Shown here in pieces: positions 63,470 to 64,000 of a stretch of DNA of 64,000 nt (positions are counted from its first letter, which is position 1; every line of letters begins with the position of its first letter). Source of the stretch: Octopus sinensis (Eukaryota). The notes under the pieces are model-generated. The model was not told where the DNA came from. It did no database searches and saw only the letters and a program-made list of their open reading frames with translations. The stretch covers positions 10,106,001 through 10,170,000 of the forward strand of contig NC_043014.1 of NCBI RefSeq assembly GCF_006345805.1, written 5' to 3'. Made by a program: the position numbers and the translations under genes.

Positions 63470-63699
63470 TGAGGGCGGGGAGCTGGCAGAATATTTTGCA
63501 CGCCGGGCAAAATGTTTAGGGCATATCGCCCGTCTTTACTTTCCCAGTTCAAATTCCGTCGAGTTCGATTTTAACTTTGACCTTTCGCGGTCGATAAAAT
63601 AAGTACAAGTTGAACATTAGGTCGATTTAATTAACAAAACACGTCTCTCCCCGCCAAACTGTCCAGCTTTGTGCCTACAGTAAAGAAGATTATTTAAAA

Positions 63700-64000
63700 C
63701 TAGCAGTATCGCCCGGCGCTGCTCGGGTTTGTAAGGGAAATAACTATATAAGCATTTTTAGAGAGTTATAGCCAAAAAATAGCAAAAAAATGCACTAAAA
63801 ATGGAAAACAAATGATGGTAAATTTTTTTTAAATCGTTGACTCATCGTAGACATTTTTAGAGAGTTACTTCCCTTATATAATAGCGAAAAAATGCATTAA
63901 AATGGAAAAAATTATGGTAAATTATTTTTTTAAATCGTAGACTCATCGTAATACCAAGACGCGCGCTAATACCCAGAAGGGCTCGATATGAATCACGACT
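63700..64000 (-). mobile_element. Helitron 3' part with internal ~110-bp tandem repeat (runs off the window)
   Basis: a|ctagcagtatcgcccggcgctgctcggg; shares ~90 bp with 41122-41210. Confidence 0.85.

Overview
AT-rich, microsatellite-saturated animal genomic DNA. The repeat families look like those of an octopod cephalopod (Octopus-like); this is inferred from the SINE, Helitron and Penelope-type repeats, not from a database search. No intact protein-coding gene is evident, and almost all long ORFs in the track are microsatellite artefacts. The window is an archive of mobile elements. It holds four tRNA-derived SINE groups with interchangeable modules, and decayed LINEs of the CR1, RTE, R4/Dong, CRE and L1/Tx1 types. 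It also holds mariner/maT relics, a Merlin-like MITE with 8-bp TSDs and internal telomere-like repeats, non-autonomous Helitrons and an 18S rRNA fragment. The most notable signal is a set of short, (TA)n-associated, often foldback-tailed Penelope-like pseudo-LTR relics carrying type I hammerhead ribozyme motifs. One has a canonical core (41702-41792), one has a compensatory U3-A8 core (46111-46153), and others are variant or degenerate. Also notable are a tandem foldback element with a (CAC)n core and a coding-like, GC3-rich fragment (56458-59243), a SINE sharing its 3' tail with a CR1 LINE in the same window, a multimeric 184-bp SINE array inside one TSD, and a MITE copy that captured the flank of another copy 14 kb away. 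A few short candidate exons are flagged at low confidence.
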